A stretch of 64,000 bases of DNA from positions 7,202,698 to 7,266,697 of the forward strand of contig OZ037765.1 of the NCBI GenBank assembly GCA_964035545.1, given 5' to 3'. The notes below the pieces were generated by a model, which was given only the letters and a program-made list of their open reading frames with translations, was not told the origin of the DNA and searched no databases. This document shows, piece by piece, positions 63,100 through 64,000 of this stretch (its first letter is position 1; every line of letters begins with the position of its first letter). The DNA comes from Bugula neritina. Taxonomy: Eukaryota > Animalia > Bryozoa. The position numbers and the translations under genes were made by a program.

Positions 63100-64000
63100 T
63101 TTATAATAAAATTAAATTTATCATCATAGTCATAATCATAATGTTAATGATCATTTATAATTGTGCATAATCATGACGGAATAAAGTTAATTTTAATATT
63201 TTTATTTTAATTTAATTTTATCTTAATTTATCATATCAATAATTTATAAAAATAATCAGTATGATATTGATACTGATAGTCATAGTGAGTATGACTATGA
63301 GTATGAGTTTCAGTAATCTGTAATTCTGCTTACTTACCTTAGGCTTATCATTGTTATTATGGGCTATGCTTATGGTGATGCTGTTAGACTAAAATTTAGT
63401 GTTACTGTTAGTGTTGGCAATATGAATATATATTTATAACCTGTCCAAACAATCTACCTAAATACTAATAGATGCTTTTTATCATATTTGAACACAGATT
63501 GCAAGGAAGTTCTACCTTATCTGATCATTTGACATTTTTATTTAGTGACTTAGTATTACATTTACAGTGTATCATTTGGTCATAGTGTTAGTCACACTCG
63601 CAGTCAATGTTACACTTAGTCTTATTGACTAACACTTGCAGTTACATTTGCTCTTAGTTTTACTAACTAGCAATAACAGTGATTTATTACTAGACCTGGT
63701 GTTTAGACTTACAATTACTGATACTCATGAACTTATAGTTATAGTTAGTCAGTAATAGTAATACTAACTTGCTCTTAAAGTTACAGTGCAGCCTTAGTCA
63801 GATAGTCTTATGTCTCATCAATTACTATTACTATTAGTATCACTATCTGATTTAGCAGTAGGCCACTGTTAAAGTTAATCTTATCACTTATGATAGTCAT
63901 AGTCATATGTTTATCACTATGAGTATGAGTTATGTTTTAGTATTAGCATTATGATTATCAAATTCAATAGGAATGTAAAATTCAATGTCTTTACTCCTTA
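63100..64000. repeat. AT-rich cryptic simple sequence upstream of TUBE1
   Basis: Degenerate hexamer periodicity (tagtca/tatgag/gttact). Confidence 0.6.

Overview
AT-rich, intron-rich eukaryotic DNA from an invertebrate animal; the species cannot be determined from the sequence. It holds eight protein-coding genes, with exons placed by hand from GT-AG sites and frame. In order: ANAPC4 (minus, 3' part runs off the left edge), a Shal/Kv4 K+ channel (plus), CCDC51/MITOK (minus), an uncharacterised type II membrane beta-propeller protein with glycan-enzyme-like motifs (minus), ERCC3/XPB (minus), a DEDDh exonuclease nested antisense in an XPB intron (plus), a PRKRA/TARBP2/loquacious-type three-dsRBD protein (plus) and epsilon-tubulin TUBE1 (minus). 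Mobile DNA comprises a decayed full-length Tc1 element, two copies of a tRNA-derived SINE, two PIF/Harbinger-like MITEs, a hAT MITE, a foldback element and a LINE RT fragment. Most notable: (1) a ~212-nt, highly structured RNA element ending in a complete type I hammerhead ribozyme, embedded in a (TA)n microsatellite just upstream of the dsRBD gene (retrozyme-like); (2) two duplicated 163-nt, apparently mutually exclusive exons encoding the selectivity filter and S6 gate of Kv4; (3) three tandem duplications that span splice sites, one of them frame-preserving in XPB.
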